From positions 682,001-746,000 of the forward strand of contig NC_134035.1 of the NCBI RefSeq assembly GCF_964204645.1: DNA of 64,000 nucleotides, in the 5' to 3' direction. Source of the stretch: Tubulanus polymorphus (lineage: Eukaryota > Animalia > Nemertea). Numbering within the stretch: the first letter of the stretch is position 1; the number at the start of each line of letters is the position of its first letter. The position numbers were made by a program, and so were the translations under genes. Shown here one piece after another: positions 11,623 through 25,900 of this stretch. The notes beneath the pieces are model-generated. The model saw nothing but the letters and a program-made list of their open reading frames with translations. It searched no databases and was not told the origin of the DNA.

Positions 11623-13392
11623 CTCTTCTTGTCGTCCGGTGATTTCTAATAATATATAACTTGTATCTATGTGGCTCCGGGTGATGATCCCCGCTACATC
11701 CTGAAATAACGCAAAATTATGTTCATTTTATTTCGTACGCAATATAAACGAACCTCAGTTACAAACGATTCTCAAGGGATCAATTTCTTCCGATGCGGAA
11801 TTGATTTTTCTCGGGCTGGGACTGAATCATTGCACCGTGTCTACTAAAGCCAGAGTGCACGGTCAAAGGATGGGAGATATGTAGTGCTTTTTCCAAGCTT
11901 GAATTTGATTTATCTTTGAAAACAATATTCAGTCCGGAATCGTTGAGGATGGAATCTTTCAGGTACCTCAACGTTCTCAGGGGTTAGCCCGGACTCGCAC
12001 TCACTCCTACCGGCACCGGACCCGCCACTCATGGAGTGTGTTTAAGTACCCGAACTTATGAAGACCTTTTACGACATCGGTTTATTATATTCCATGTAAA
12101 CATTCCACGTACTCTAGTTGTAGGAGACGATGGTGAAATCGTATCCACAAACGGGCAGTCAATATGAAATTAAAGTGTCATTCGATGGCTGAGCAAATCA
12201 GATAACACATAATTCATGCAAATTGTGAGAGGCGTTGGTAATTAACTGGTGGTGCCTGGCTGATTCTGAGATGTGAACTCGTATTCAACTGTGCGCGCGC
12301 AGTCCCGCGATACGGCGATATCAAAACGGTCAGAGCCGCGATATTGAATGTATCTTGCATTTTTATCCAGTATTTCAGATAATTCCACACGCCGCACGCG
12401 AGGTTTTTTTCCACTGTCTTCGGTGTCATAAGCTATCATCCTCTCGTGGAGCCGGGAAAGGTCGTATATTTTAACGTTGTTCCCTCTACGCGAATGACTT
12501 AGCGCCGTCGGTGCTCTTTAGGGAATATTAACATCACGGATGAAACGCCACGTATGAAAGGGACGCAGCTGCCGAGTCTGTCTTGCGACATTTCATATCC
12601 TTATTATCACCACGACCGCCGTACACAGAAAAACGGCTTGCCCTTTGCTTGAAGAATTTATAATGATTCAAGATGGAGCTGATTTGTGGCGACTTCGATC
12701 GTCGAGTTAATAATAAATCGTAAATTCGTGCCCTGAGAAAATGCGTCGTTTCAGACGATGACAACATATACACTGATAGTGATTCTTACCTGCGGTGATG
12801 GTGTCTTCTTACACTCGGGGTTGAAATTAAAAATGCCTCGCGATATTTAAGTAAGAGACATCGGCGGGTGCTGTGTGACGACGTCGGGTTAACCGTAGTA
12901 GTAGCCATCATCCAGCCTACCATTACGTACTGTCACTGTGATCCAGTATCCACTAATGGTGGTTGCGTCATCATCTCGTCCACGATACGACGACCACGGT
13001 GTCTAATGATTATCGGAGATTGTACATATCTTCTATACACGTAGTAATGCGTTCATAAAAACACTGGAATTAATAGCGACACCAGACGATTGAGAGGGAG
13101 AGAGAGATAGAGAGTCAGCTGCTGCTGTGTCTCGGGTGCTGGCGTGTCACATCTGCGTCGACTGGTATATTTATACCAGTACGGTACGTTGACTACTGAT
13201 GTTGTTGATGCTGCTGGTGCTGGTGCTGCTGCTGCTGCCGATGCTGCTATGGATGCTGATGTATGTTACAAGCTAAGCTTGCCATCGATTTTCCGACGAC
13301 TCTGCTCTTCGGCAGTTCACCAATCGCTCCGAGCCCGCGCGTCGATCTATCCTTTTGATGTATGGCATATAGATATAAATAGTCTCGGGCGC

Positions 13393-13423
<31 letters not shown>
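13393..13423. repeat. (GA)n microsatellite
   Basis: Visible agagag run. Confidence 0.9.
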
Positions 13424-13424
<1 letters not shown>

Positions 13425-14894
13425 ACCGCCCGCGTGCTATTCCACATCATTATACAGATGGCCGACAATATTTCAATAGTGAGTCGATCGTTTATCGGGA
13501 GACAGAATTCCCCGAGATGTCACAGAGATATACCAGATCTTACGTATAAATACCACGTCTTAATCGATGTCTTTCAACTCAGATAATTATTGCGCCGCGG
13601 TAACGCATTGAGTCCACGCTTAGAATGTGACAAAAGTACTATTGATATTTAGTGTCATCGATATGTCTATGGTTTCAATAGATACATTCAATTCATCAAG
13701 CCCTCTCTTACCTTACTAATTGAGTTGGATAAACCTTTCGCTGATGGAATGCCCTATTCTGATAATTTCAACTCATTCGTATATAGAGATCCCTTCATTG
13801 ATTTACGAACACAATTTACATAAACAAAAACAACATTACTCATAAGGAATCGTTAGTATTGATTTTCCTCCATTTTTCCTCGGTAAATAAATATGTACTT
13901 TTTGCATATGGGTTGTCATAGCAACAAAAAATAATGAGCGAAATTTCGTACTTGTCCTCACATTCTCAGACTTAATACTTCTTCACAACTGAAATATTTT
14001 AGTTTCAAGTGATTCTCCAGAAATTTTTTTGAGATTTATCTAGGCCAAATATTTGATTGCTACACTTCAAACCCCGCGTTTGTAAGGGACACCAACTAAG
14101 AAAAAATCAAACGAAATCTACCGATCAAATGAATATCAGGGTCAATGCCTATTTCAAGATCAAAACATCTTCACGTCATGTTGTCAGATGACTTTCACTA
14201 GCTCGACAATGCTTTAACATTAATTCGTGGAGTATTCCGTGTAAAGATATAAGTGAAGGATAATTGATTGATATTATTGGACGCAGCGGCAGGAAAGACA
14301 TTCACTACTTATTGCGAAAAGTGTGTGGAATAAGATACGATCAAGGGAATACTATTTGCTTCCTGCACCCGAAATGTATGCGACTGCAAAATGTCTCTTA
14401 ATTGTAAAAGTAATAATATGTAATTTTCATATTCTATATTAACTGTTTAGATATTCTCTGATCCTTCATCGCTTGGCTCTACTGACTGGTTTATATCGCT
14501 ACCGCGCCCCCCTCCCCTTGGAGGGCCCTGACTACGGGCCGGCCTGTCATTTGATACAAGTGCATAACATATTTCTGGTAAAAAAATTGTATAAAGTAAG
14601 AAGTTGAATGGAATGCAATAAACATAGAATGCTGAATAGACCCCTTTATTCCTAATTTCCACTGAGAATCGTCATACATGCAAGTGAAATGATTCTCATC
14701 TATACTTGACAAGCGCGTAAAAAAAACTGTTCAAAAGAAACCAGTTTCAGTGAATGTAGACAAGGCTATAATGAGGATATTTTTTATCGTGAATGATTCA
14801 CCTACGTAATTGTTGCCCAATCTTATTGTAAGATACACAGTACTAGTGCACACTATTTCTACGTTCAATTTGCTCCTAAGAAAAACCATCGAAA

Positions 14895-15647
14895 ATGACG
14901 ACTTCTTTGGATCAGGAAAAATTTGTCAAAACTGACCAGATGTTCGCGGAATGTCGGCGACTGCAGGACATGAATCAGAAGTTGACTACAGAAGATGGAG
15001 GTCAACGCGAGTTTGAGTTTTGCGGGAAGATATTCGTTAATTTTCAAAATGTGTATCATCGCAGCGGTTTCAATTCGATGGCGCTGAATTTACCGGAACC
15101 GACGGCGGCAGACGGTGCTCGATTGTTAGAAATCGGATGCGGAAATGGTTGCATGAGTGTCGTACACTATTTACGTAATGAATCGAAGTTTAGTTACGTG
15201 TTGGCGACCGATATCAACCGACAAGCTTTAGAGAATACTAAAGTGAATTTTGAGCGTTACGCCGTCCCGGGAGAGGTGCGATATTCCGACGTGTTCGATG
15301 ATATTCGCGAAGATGAGAAGTTCGATTTGATATTCTGGCATACTCCTAATCTGTACCAACCAATCGATAAAGCTGAACAGTTGAGCATGTTGGACCGATC
15401 GATGGCCGACCCCGGCTACGAGGCCATTGGCCGTTTTATAACCGGAGCCCACGACCACTTACGCCCGGGCGGTAGGGCTGTGTTTAGTTATGCAAGCCAT
15501 ATCGGACTCATGGATGTTCTTAATGATAAAGCGCTTAAAGCAAATTTAAGATTGGAAAGAATTTGGCACGAAGCCGTCGCTTATAACGAGATATTATCTG
15601 GACATGCTGAGCTATGGCAAGTGGTTGAACCGATCAGTGCTGAGTAA
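14895..15647 (+). CDS. Class I SAM-dependent methyltransferase, HemK/PrmC-related, intronless CDS
   Basis: Motif I LLEIGCGNG, motif II ATDIN, SDVF, FDLIFWHTP (at the NPPY-equivalent position) and HLRPGGR. Single 250-aa ORF; AATAAA about 30 nt after the stop. Confidence 0.85.
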   Translation: MTTSLDQEKFVKTDQMFAECRRLQDMNQKLTTEDGGQREFEFCGKIFVNFQNVYHRSGFNSMALNLPEPTAADGARLLEIGCGNGCMSVVHYLRNESKFSYVLATDINRQALENTKVNFERYAVPGEVRYSDVFDDIREDEKFDLIFWHTPNLYQPIDKAEQLSMLDRSMADPGYEAIGRFITGAHDHLRPGGRAVFSYASHIGLMDVLNDKALKANLRLERIWHEAVAYNEILSGHAELWQVVEPISAE

Positions 15648-16798
15648 CTTCACTATACACCATCGCAGTGATATAATAAATTATGCAAATTAGATATCTA
15701 TATTGATTAGTGATCACGATTATTTCAAATGTTAATCATTATTACTTCTATGATTATTATAATTCTTTCAGGTGCAATGACCTGTACAGCCTCTAGGCTT
15801 TCACTATTTCCTTCATTTAACTGTTATTTCTCTTCACTATTGTCGTTATTATATCTTGTACTTTAAGTTAAATGAAAAATAAATTATTATTATTTTTAAT
15901 CATACAATAGATTGTTCTTTTCTGTTGGGTTGTACTAAATACGTTTGACTGCAAACTTATATCAATTTGTTACTTTCAATTTCATTGAATTCAAGTTCGA
16001 CGCGCAGCTCTACACCGTCTTCGTCGGCCTACACGTACGATGATACTTTCTTTTTTGTATATAATAGTTGGTGACAACAACTCTCCCGTGGATAGAGGTC
16101 CTATTCAAGGAAATTATGAAGAAGTCTCGCCGAGCACTTTTCACCGAAATCTCTGCTAAATGTATTGCGACCCACGTAAATTAAGGGATCGGTCGCTACG
16201 CCCAACCGGCCTGTAGAAGTAGTTACGAGTCTGTCCTGATAAGGCACTTGGCAACGGGATCCCCGCTCCCCGTTACGCCATGTTTCCTTCCCGTCTATTG
16301 TAAAATTGAGTTTCGTGACTGTATATGAAATATTGCAATTAGAAGTAATGAACTACTATCGTTGCACGACCATTTGCTAAACATATTTAAATTGAAAATT
16401 ATTGGCTTGAATTTAAGACTGTTAGGAGAGTGCGGTCCATAATGATTTTAATATTCTCGGAGCCGCCCGTGTTATGTGTGTCAATATGGCGACTGCCGAG
16501 ATGAGATTCCTATCTATTCGAAACTTTAAATAGACAGAAATGAGTCCTATCGTCGAAATGTTGTCAAAATTATTTGGGTTTATGATAGTTTGAGCAGTAC
16601 TTGATGAGGTAAATATGTTTATTCAACACTCGGGTTCTCATTAATTGACTTTCTGAAGGGTTTCGTGTTGACATGTCTGTCTCAACTGTCAAACAACATC
16701 ATCACAAAAACCAAGCGTGACCCCGAATCCCAACAAACCTCCTTTTATGTTTTCATCGAGCTGAAATTCACTTCTATTCCTGCTGAATTCAATTTAGA

Positions 16799-16902
16799 AT
16801 GATGAATGCGATTGACACGACTGACGACCAGTGGCTCGAATCTGAAATCGAAAACCAACTGGCCGCTCTCCAAAATGATGAAGACACTGAAGAAATTCGA
16901 AG

Positions 16903-16940
<38 letters not shown>

Positions 16941-19900
16941 GTGGTGATGATGAATCTGTGGATATTACTGAGAATAATGAGGTAAGCGTTTATGGATGTG
17001 AAGTCAGTTTAGTTTCGGAGATTTCAAAAAATCGATCTTACTCTTAGATAATTAAGTTTTCGATTCCAGGATTCGTCAATGAATATTTTCGACGCGTATT
17101 TCAATTTGTTGAAACGAAGAACGGATGGATTTTCGCGTGAATTAGATGAATGTGATCACATTTTGACCGATAATTCGCGGGGTAGGCTTAAGTCCGGCTT
17201 TTAGCCGTACTATATTATACCACAAGATCTGCGCGATGAAATTTGACTAATCTTAATGAACGCATTTGTCTTTGTTTTTAAATCCAGGAAATTTCTTTCA
17301 AACTGAAGAAGACCCAGAAGTTATCGAATTGGCCAAAAATGAAGGCGTGGATGCAAAAACTTGGAAACGAAAGGTGAATCGAGGTTGATGAGTTTCTAGT
17401 GTCCATATATTCAGATGTCCTGCTCTCACTTGTCTTGTAGCCTATATGTCAAATGTTCTGATACTGTTAAATGTATCATATATAGGCCTCCAATCCAATG
17501 AAGAGATGGTCGGCATGAAACCAAACCCATTCACTACGTCATCAGTCGAAGCGTTGTATATTCTGATTCCAATTCTTGCTGAATAATTGATAAATTCGTA
17601 AAGACCTTTAAATTTCAATTCGAGTAAACTTTCAGATTGCTTTTATGCAGGTTTCTGCCTGAAACTATGTAACCCAGTTGAAAAAATAGGCTTCTTATTA
17701 GAAAAACTCTTGACCCAGTTCCACAGTTGAATGACCTAACTCTAAATTTACCTGGAGTTGAATCAAGGATTATTCGCTCAAGGCCAATCTTATGATTTTC
17801 TTTTTGAAGTTACTCGAAGAAATTGATAAAAATGACGCGGAGGAGGATGAGATGAGAAAAGATGTCGAAATTACGGATGAAAACAATGCGGCATTTCTTA
17901 CTGAAAATCCTGTAGATGTAGATACTGATTGCGGGGATCAGAAACCATCTTCAGGTAGAATATTGCAGTTGATCCTCACCTGCCATTGGTGGAATCCTCA
18001 ATTGCCACAGTGGAAAGTATTGAGTCCTCATTGTTTTCTGATTTTTAGATTGTTTAGCCGTCGTGTCTGTAAGTGAAGCTGAACAGTTGGAGAAAGATTT
18101 GGAACGAAAACTTCAGAAGTGGATGGACGAAAAAAAACAGCGCGATCAGAACAGACTTCAGGTTAGTTAGCGAATCTGTCGGCCTGAATATATTTGTGTT
18201 TTGACTCAGGATTGGCGCTGGATCTATTCCATATCCTTAAGATAATAAACCTTACGTCAGAGAAACACAACGGATAAAAACTGATAATATTTCAGCATCT
18301 CGATCAATGATAAACCCACAAGTCTCCTATTACCAGCATGTTTTCTTCTTGATCATCAGATTGTACATGAAAAGATTGCCGCCGAAAAAGACAAAACGCA
18401 ACAGGCTGAGGAATCGTGGAGATTGAAATGGAATGAGTTTGAAGTTGAGAATGAACGCGTGCTAAAAGAAACTGAGGTTCGTTTCACGAGTGACAGACCG
18501 TTTGATTTTCTGCTGTCTGTGTCGCGGTAGGATCCAGGCTGATCTGTACCTGTATTTTTCTATCCGGTTTTTTTTTTAGGCGCAGCTTCAAGAATCCGAT
18601 AAACAACTCGAAGACGAATGGCACAAAATCAGAAATGAAATCAAAGAAGATGAGGTAAAAAAGGATACCTGGTAGTCGAATTGTCAATCGTGGTTTGGTT
18701 CTCATCGATTAGTATAGGGGTCTAGTTGTGCAATGCAAAGAATGCCAGTGCAATTACAGATCCTGAGCCCGAGAACTGTTGTCGGCTGTGGCTTGTACAT
18801 TAAACGATGAATTGATGAGATTGTATTATATTTGAATCCGATGTATATTCAGATGATCAAATTGAATAAATTGGAGGAAGGATTGAAAATACAAGCGATT
18901 GAACGCAAAGAATTATCAAACGAAGCCGCGGAGCGCGATAGAATATTACATCAATCAGCGGCTGTTAGTATACAAAAACATTTCAGGAGATACAGGTTAG
19001 TGAGTTATTTAGTGTAACAGGAAGAAATATCTGTCCTTCCCGAGGTTCGAACTCTCGATGCCTGGCGTCCAAGGCAGACGCTCTACCGCTGAGCTAAAGA
19101 GAATATTCCCGCTAACAGTTATATACCCTGCCACAGTAGTAAATTCGTTCCCTTCGTTCGTAGTTTTGTGATGTAAATAATATCCGTTCGATGCAGGGTT
19201 TTCAAAATTCACGGTGATTCTCTAAAAGCACGTCTCGAAGAGCTGCGTCGGCGACGAGAGTTAGACAGGATTCATCAGATTGAAGGAGAACGACTTGCTG
19301 CCGAACAAAGGTAAATTGTTTTCATTAGTCCACTGTCTGTTGTGGATGATGAAGTTCAGGATCCAGTTCTGGTTCAAAACTGTTTTCAACCAAATATTTC
19401 GTTGAATAAAACTGCTGTTGAATATTGTAGGAAAAGGAAAGAAGATGAAGATAAATTACAGAGTGAAATGGAAGAAGAAAAAAGAAAACAGGAAGAAATC
19501 GCGAGAAAAAAGTTCCAGGAAGAAGAGAAGAAAAGATTAGCGGAAGAAAAACGGCAACGAAAACTCGAGGAACAGCGTAGAATACAGGAAGAGAAACGTT
19601 TGAAGGAAGAAGCTGAGAAAAAGAGAAAAGAAGAGGCTCGTAGAATACGCGAGGAAGAAAAGCGAAGACGAATTGAAGAAGAGGAACGAAGAAAGGCTGA
19701 GGAGAAACTAAGAGTCGAGGAGGAGAGGTTAAGAGTAAAGGAGGAACAACAGAGGAAACTAGAAGAGGAAAGATTAGAAAAGGAGAGATTAGAAGAATCG
19801 AAACTTCGGAAATTAGAGGAAATTCGAAAATTGGAAGAGGAAAAGCGAAAGAAAGAGGAGGAAATTCGGCGGCAAGAACAGAAACGTGTCGAAGAAGAAC

Positions 19901-22900
19901 AACTCAGAGAGAGAGAAGAATTAGAAAAACAAAGAAAACAAGAAGAGCAAAGGTAAATATGCTCTTACAATTACAGAATTTAGAGATATGAATCAGTGGC
20001 TTAGAAGTGATCAACTCAAAACGATGCTCTCTCAAATTTTTATTTCAAACAGACTGGCCAAACAGCGGGAAGACGAGCAACGTCAAGAAAAACTCGACGA
20101 ATTGAAACGAAAACAACAACAATTTCAAAGCGAGCTTCCTCCCAGTTTACCGGAGACAATTCAGAAACATCGGTTGGCGTGGATGCAAGCGTGTGTTCCG
20201 TGGAGGTGAGTTCACACTACATTTCAACTACAGTAGACTCCGCTTGAGTCCGATCAGATCAACTCTGATGTTTGTTGAAATATTTTGCTGGACTCTATAT
20301 ATGAAATGCACATCCATCTCGGATTCATTTCAACAAGGCAAGAAGTCCGCCTATGGTGGAGTCTACTGTATTAACGGACCATTGTACTGAAAGTTGTTGA
20401 GACGATCAAATTTAATCAAAGAAAAATAGACGGTCAAAAGTAGAAATGACTTCAGTAATATGATGACTTATCTGATGATGACTTAAAGTAAGATGTAAGG
20501 TATAATGATGTGTTGATTGATTATTTCCAGTAAAGTCGCGATGGAAATGAAAAGTCGTCGATCGTCAAAAAATCAGAAGCCGCCGAGACGTCGTCCGACG
20601 TCTGCCAAGAAATTGACACTTCTGCCCGAATCGGATATTCTACAATCAGCCCGCGTGGCTAGCCTTCAATTAGTGACAACCGTGGAGTTACATGATCTAC
20701 CCGGATATAGTGTAGTTCCTTTAACGCAATGTCAGCGTCTTCGAGCGGTTACAATGTTGAGGTGTAATCTTGTGTCGTTAGACGGATTGGAACAGTGTAA
20801 GGAATTAGCCTATATCAATTGCCAGGTAAGCAACCTGTAAAAGCTTTCTGATTATAAAGATTCATCAAATGTGCGTAGAGACTCCACACTTCGGACCGGC
20901 ACTTCTCTCTGAGGCAGTGGGCGTAAATCGGCCCAGTCTGAGTGACAATGGATTGTAGATGGAAAATTCTAAACAACCCGATGCAATGGGATACCGGCAC
21001 TCACCAGATGGCGCAACAAAATCCATTCATTTTCCATGAAATTTGAACTTGATTTTTAGGCTTCCAAAACCGAAATATTATCAATAAGATATAAGATTCA
21101 CTTTCTCATTCAGAGAATGGTATAGATTTCACTGTAAATTGATTTACTAATCAGAAAAGTAGACATGAATTTAATTTAAAATGTATAAGAAATTGAAGCG
21201 GGGTAAACCAACATCCACTAGCGACACCTGGTGGACTCTCCGTGCCAAGCAGCGACGGTAAGAATGTGTCAGCGTTATGTACGTTGTTTATATATGTTTT
21301 CAGGAAAACAATCTGGAGCATTTGAATGTGAAGGATATGAAGAAGCTGATCTACGTCGATGTGTCTCATAATCGTCTGACGTCAATTCACGGATTCGATG
21401 GATCGGATTGTATACGATACTTAGATCTATCACATAACAAACTCGCTAGATGTGGTACATGTTACACTTTATTCATCATATAATCATTCACTCTGCAGCC
21501 TGGTATCAGCCTCTTCACACTGGTATCAGCCTCTTTACCATGGTACCAGCCCCTTCACACTGATATCAGCCCCTTCACACTGGTACCAGCCCTTTCAGAT
21601 TGAAACAAGCACCTTTGGTAAAGTTCACCCTGGTACCAACCCCTTCAGGTTGGAATCAACCCTTTTCAGATTGGAACCATCCGTTTCAACCCGGAATCAA
21701 TCCCTTCATCCTGATAAAAACGCAATCCCAGCCCGGTGCCAACCTTTTCCCGTGGATAGAAGCGACCCTTTTAGTCTGCGTGGAACAAATACTACCACCC
21801 CTTCAAACATTCCCCTATACCGGTAATACTGTGAATTTAGTATCATCAGTTTTTGCAAGTGTTCTGATAAAATGTTTTCCTTTACAGATGGTTTGGGTGA
21901 AATGAAACAACTTCAACATTTGAACGTATCTCACAACAATCTGCTGCGCGATGATGGTTTAAATAACGCGGCATCGCTCGAATACCTGAACATATCCCAC
22001 AATAATCTACAGAGTTTGAATGATATTGATAAAATGTGTTTATTACAAACGCTCGACGCGTCCAGTAACAATTTACAGAAAGTAAGCGTTTTCTTTGATG
22101 ATTTCGTTTTTGAGATGACATGGATTTGTAGATGATATTGTTTATGTTTTATCTGTAGTGTCCATGTTTGAGGAATCATGTGCTATTGCAGACGTTACAT
22201 CTCAATGATAACAGTATCTCGAACGTTGAGCAGATAAGTCTAGCTTGGCTTCCGCTGCTGCAGCATTTAGACATTAGTAAAAATAGGTAAACGTCATTAT
22301 CCTAGCCTAGAGTTCCTCCAAAAAATCTGAAAACTCGATTCATTAATATGTATTCTAGTGGGAGGGTGGCTTTTTGGAAGGATATTCTTTACGTTATTCT
22401 TGACATTCTATGTATGATTGATGTTATTTATTTGCTGTTTTGTAGTTTATCCGACGTGTGTGATTTTAGTAAATGTTTGAACTTAAAAGAAGTTGATTTT
22501 AGTCATAATCAGATTATGGGTAAGTGTTCATAGAATGTAATACAATAAAACTTGCGTAAGTCTGATCGCTACTACCAGGTAGTCTGATCGCTACTACCAG
22601 GTAGTCTGATCGCTACTACCAGGTAGTCTGATCACTACTACCAGGTAGTCTGATCACTACTACCAGGTAGTCTGATCGCTACTACCAGGTAGTCTGATCG
22701 CTACTACCAGGTAGTCTGATCGCTACTACCAGGTAGTCTGATCACTACTACCAGGTAGTCGGATCGCTACTACCAGGTAGTCGGATCACTACTACCAGGT
22801 AGTCGGATCACTACTACCAGGTAGTCTGATCGCTACTACCAGGTAGTCAGATCGCTACTACCAGGTAGTCTGATCGCTACTACCAGGTAGTCTGACAATT

Positions 22901-25900
22901 GGATTAATCATATATGAAACTTCTGTAGGCCTTCGATCTAAACATGATTTTATAGATTGTATTTTCGCCTAATTCTGACAAATATTTTCAAATGATAACC
23001 CTAACTCCAGACTGCACAGTTTCACGTTCATATTGTTTGTATTAAAACCAATTTGAGGTGTATATTTTCAAAAAATAAAGCGAAATATCCCAAACAGATC
23101 AATGCCACACGAAAATAAATGGACACTAGAAGCTCTAACTTTAAATGCATTTAGTTTGCCTTTGAATTATTGTACTACTCGTGTGCGTTGCATTTTGCAT
23201 TTTTGAATATAGATCGGGTGCATTTCCTGAAATGACTTGAACTCAGGCAATATAGATAGAAATTAATAGCTGAATTCACCATCAGTGAAGCTCGAGATAT
23301 TTGATACATTACAACTTCAAAGAAAAAGTACACGCTACCAGCGGAACTTTTGAAGTCCTTGAACCACACGTACAAATTATAAGTTACGGGCGGAAGATGA
23401 GTCAAAATCAAAAAGATTGAAATCGTTACGACAATTCTGTTCAGTGACGACAATGATGATGATGATGATGACACGTTACTTTTTGAGATATTTTGTCGAG
23501 AAGACATTTGTCGTCTAAACGAAATCAACATAGCGAGATTGGATATTATTACCAGAAAAAATGGTAATATCAACTCAAATATCAAATTTGAAAAGGCCAT
23601 AAAAATACGTGAAACGATCCTGGGAACTTTGGGGTTTAATCGTGAAACGCAATCATATACACCATATGCGTCCACACGGGCTCCTGATAAAATCCCTTGT
23701 GGAATAACCCTCAGTATTCCTAATATAACTATACATAGCGTGAAAATATAAGCTTTCCTCGGAGTACAAATAGCTTTAGCTTTCAACGGGAATCTGACGG
23801 CTATAAACCGGTCTATACTCATTAAAGCCAGTAGTAAACTGGAGGTCGATGACGAACCACCGCCGAGTACTTCATATAATCTACAAAATGGAGTCGATAG
23901 AACTTGCTGGTCGTAATGAATTCGCAGAAATAAAACCGGCAAATAAAAACAGATTACGTTAATATCGGAAAAAGCAAGAGCTACTAAATATACACCGACT
24001 GATGTATTGCGAAAACGGAATCTCGGCACCAATAGAATTCGCAAGGATAGAATATTACCCATCGATCCGATTATGAATATGATCGGTAGTACGATATATT
24101 TGACGACGGAGAGAATGTTTAGCTTGAAATCAGCAATACGCGTCTGATCTGTCACGTTCATGCTGCGTCAGAATGTGAATAATGTCGCGGAACATCAACG
24201 TCACCTTCCATATCAATTCAAACGGTGTGATTCATCACATGTTACCAATTATAAAATTCTTGATAACTCTACTACTGGTCTCTAATAACCAATTACTGCA
24301 TCTATATCGGAATACCAGCTAGATAACGACTGTATTATATTTTTTAGTCGTGAATAACGCGTTCATAAATCTAGTACAGTGTTGTATATTTTCAATAATG
24401 CTGAAGAGCGACTGCAGTTTTTAGGTGTCCCTTACTTAACCATAACACTATTCTTTGATAAGACAAGTGCCACATAGTGGAGAGGTGACCTTAACTGACT
24501 TAAGATTAATGCTGCTAGGCAGAAAACCCGTTATTGCTGCTTTACAGCTATATTTGTCTATGTTGTTTTATTTTCTCATGGAATATTTTCAGAACGTTTC
24601 GCTAAATATGATTACTGTTAGTCTGAATTCAGACATATTTTTCTGACTTTTGCAAGTTTTGCTGTAATTCTTGATTGTTCAGAGTTAACATTATCACTTA
24701 AACAAATAGATGAATCTTCGAATTGATTTGTTGTAGATGTGGATAGTGTGATTGAAGGACTGTGTAAATGCCGTACACTGAAGACTGTACGACTTGAAGA
24801 AAATCCATTCATTGATCTCGACAATGGATGGAGGTACGTCAATAAAACAAAGCGGCAGAACCTGCTCAATTTAGATCATTTGCGACTGACGAAATTTGTT
24901 TATGTGAAACCTTAATTAAACATCAAATTTTACGCACATTTATGTAGAGAAGAGGTAGACTAACAGAGTGGCCACTGATTAGGAAAACTGAGGGAATCAG
25001 AAAAATCTAGGAAAACTCAGGGAATTTGACAAAATATCTGGAAAACTCCTGGGCCTGGTTTCATAGACTTACAGTATCAAAGTTATCCCTAGGGGTAAAT
25101 CCTTTATCTGGTTAATAACCGCTGTAGTAACAACGAGAAACCATTGTTATAACTGACAAATTTCAAAATATTCCCAGGGATTATTTTTCTTCCACATCTA
25201 TGAAACCCGGCCCTGGGAATTTGGATGTTATAGACCGTGCGTTTCTTTATCAATACGTGATTCACAGAAGATGAATAAATTGTAACATTTTAAACCTAGA
25301 AATTCCTCGGATTTACTAAACGAATTTGTAAATAGACAGAAAGACATCCAAGTGATCCAAATATATTCGGCTGACGTTGTTGGTTAATTTCTTTCCTCAG
25401 ACAAACAGTATTCGAAGGACTAAGTCATATATCGTATGTGAATGGTGAAGAGATTGTTCGTAGTATTTCGGGAGATGCTCGCGATAAACCCGAAGATCTC
25501 AACGTCAATTTATCCGACTTTGAAACAATGTGTCGACTTCAAATCGATTTCATGTCTAAATTACGAGACCGATTTCATAAAGAGTTAGAGTAAGTTCGAT
25601 ATTTTTATAAATCTATTTGTGTGTTAAATCATTGTCATAAATTAAAATAACGGGTTTCAGGATTTGGTTTCATGGAATCCTAAGAGCTAAAAACAGTTAA
25701 ATTTGAATTGTTTCGGCAGCCACGATTATTAAAGAGTTGACTATACAGTTTTTGTATTGTGTTATCTGCAGGTATATAACGTCGAAGGAACGAGTTGATT
25801 TTAAACATTTAATCGAAATAAACAGCGAGTTTTATTCGAGATCTCACGACGTGTCGGTGGAATTACGTTACGCTCACGAGTACGGCGATATTAAAACCGA

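Noticed and set aside
19040-19100. Functional tRNA genes here, at 60802-60875 and at 63341-63405
   Set aside because: A and B boxes are present but acceptor and anticodon stems do not pair properly; treated as TE-derived.
22560-22894. CRISPR-like appearance of the regular repeat arrays (also 27384-28480 and 62463-62980)
   Set aside because: Units are contiguous with no unique spacers, there are no cas genes, and the context is eukaryotic; they are minisatellites.
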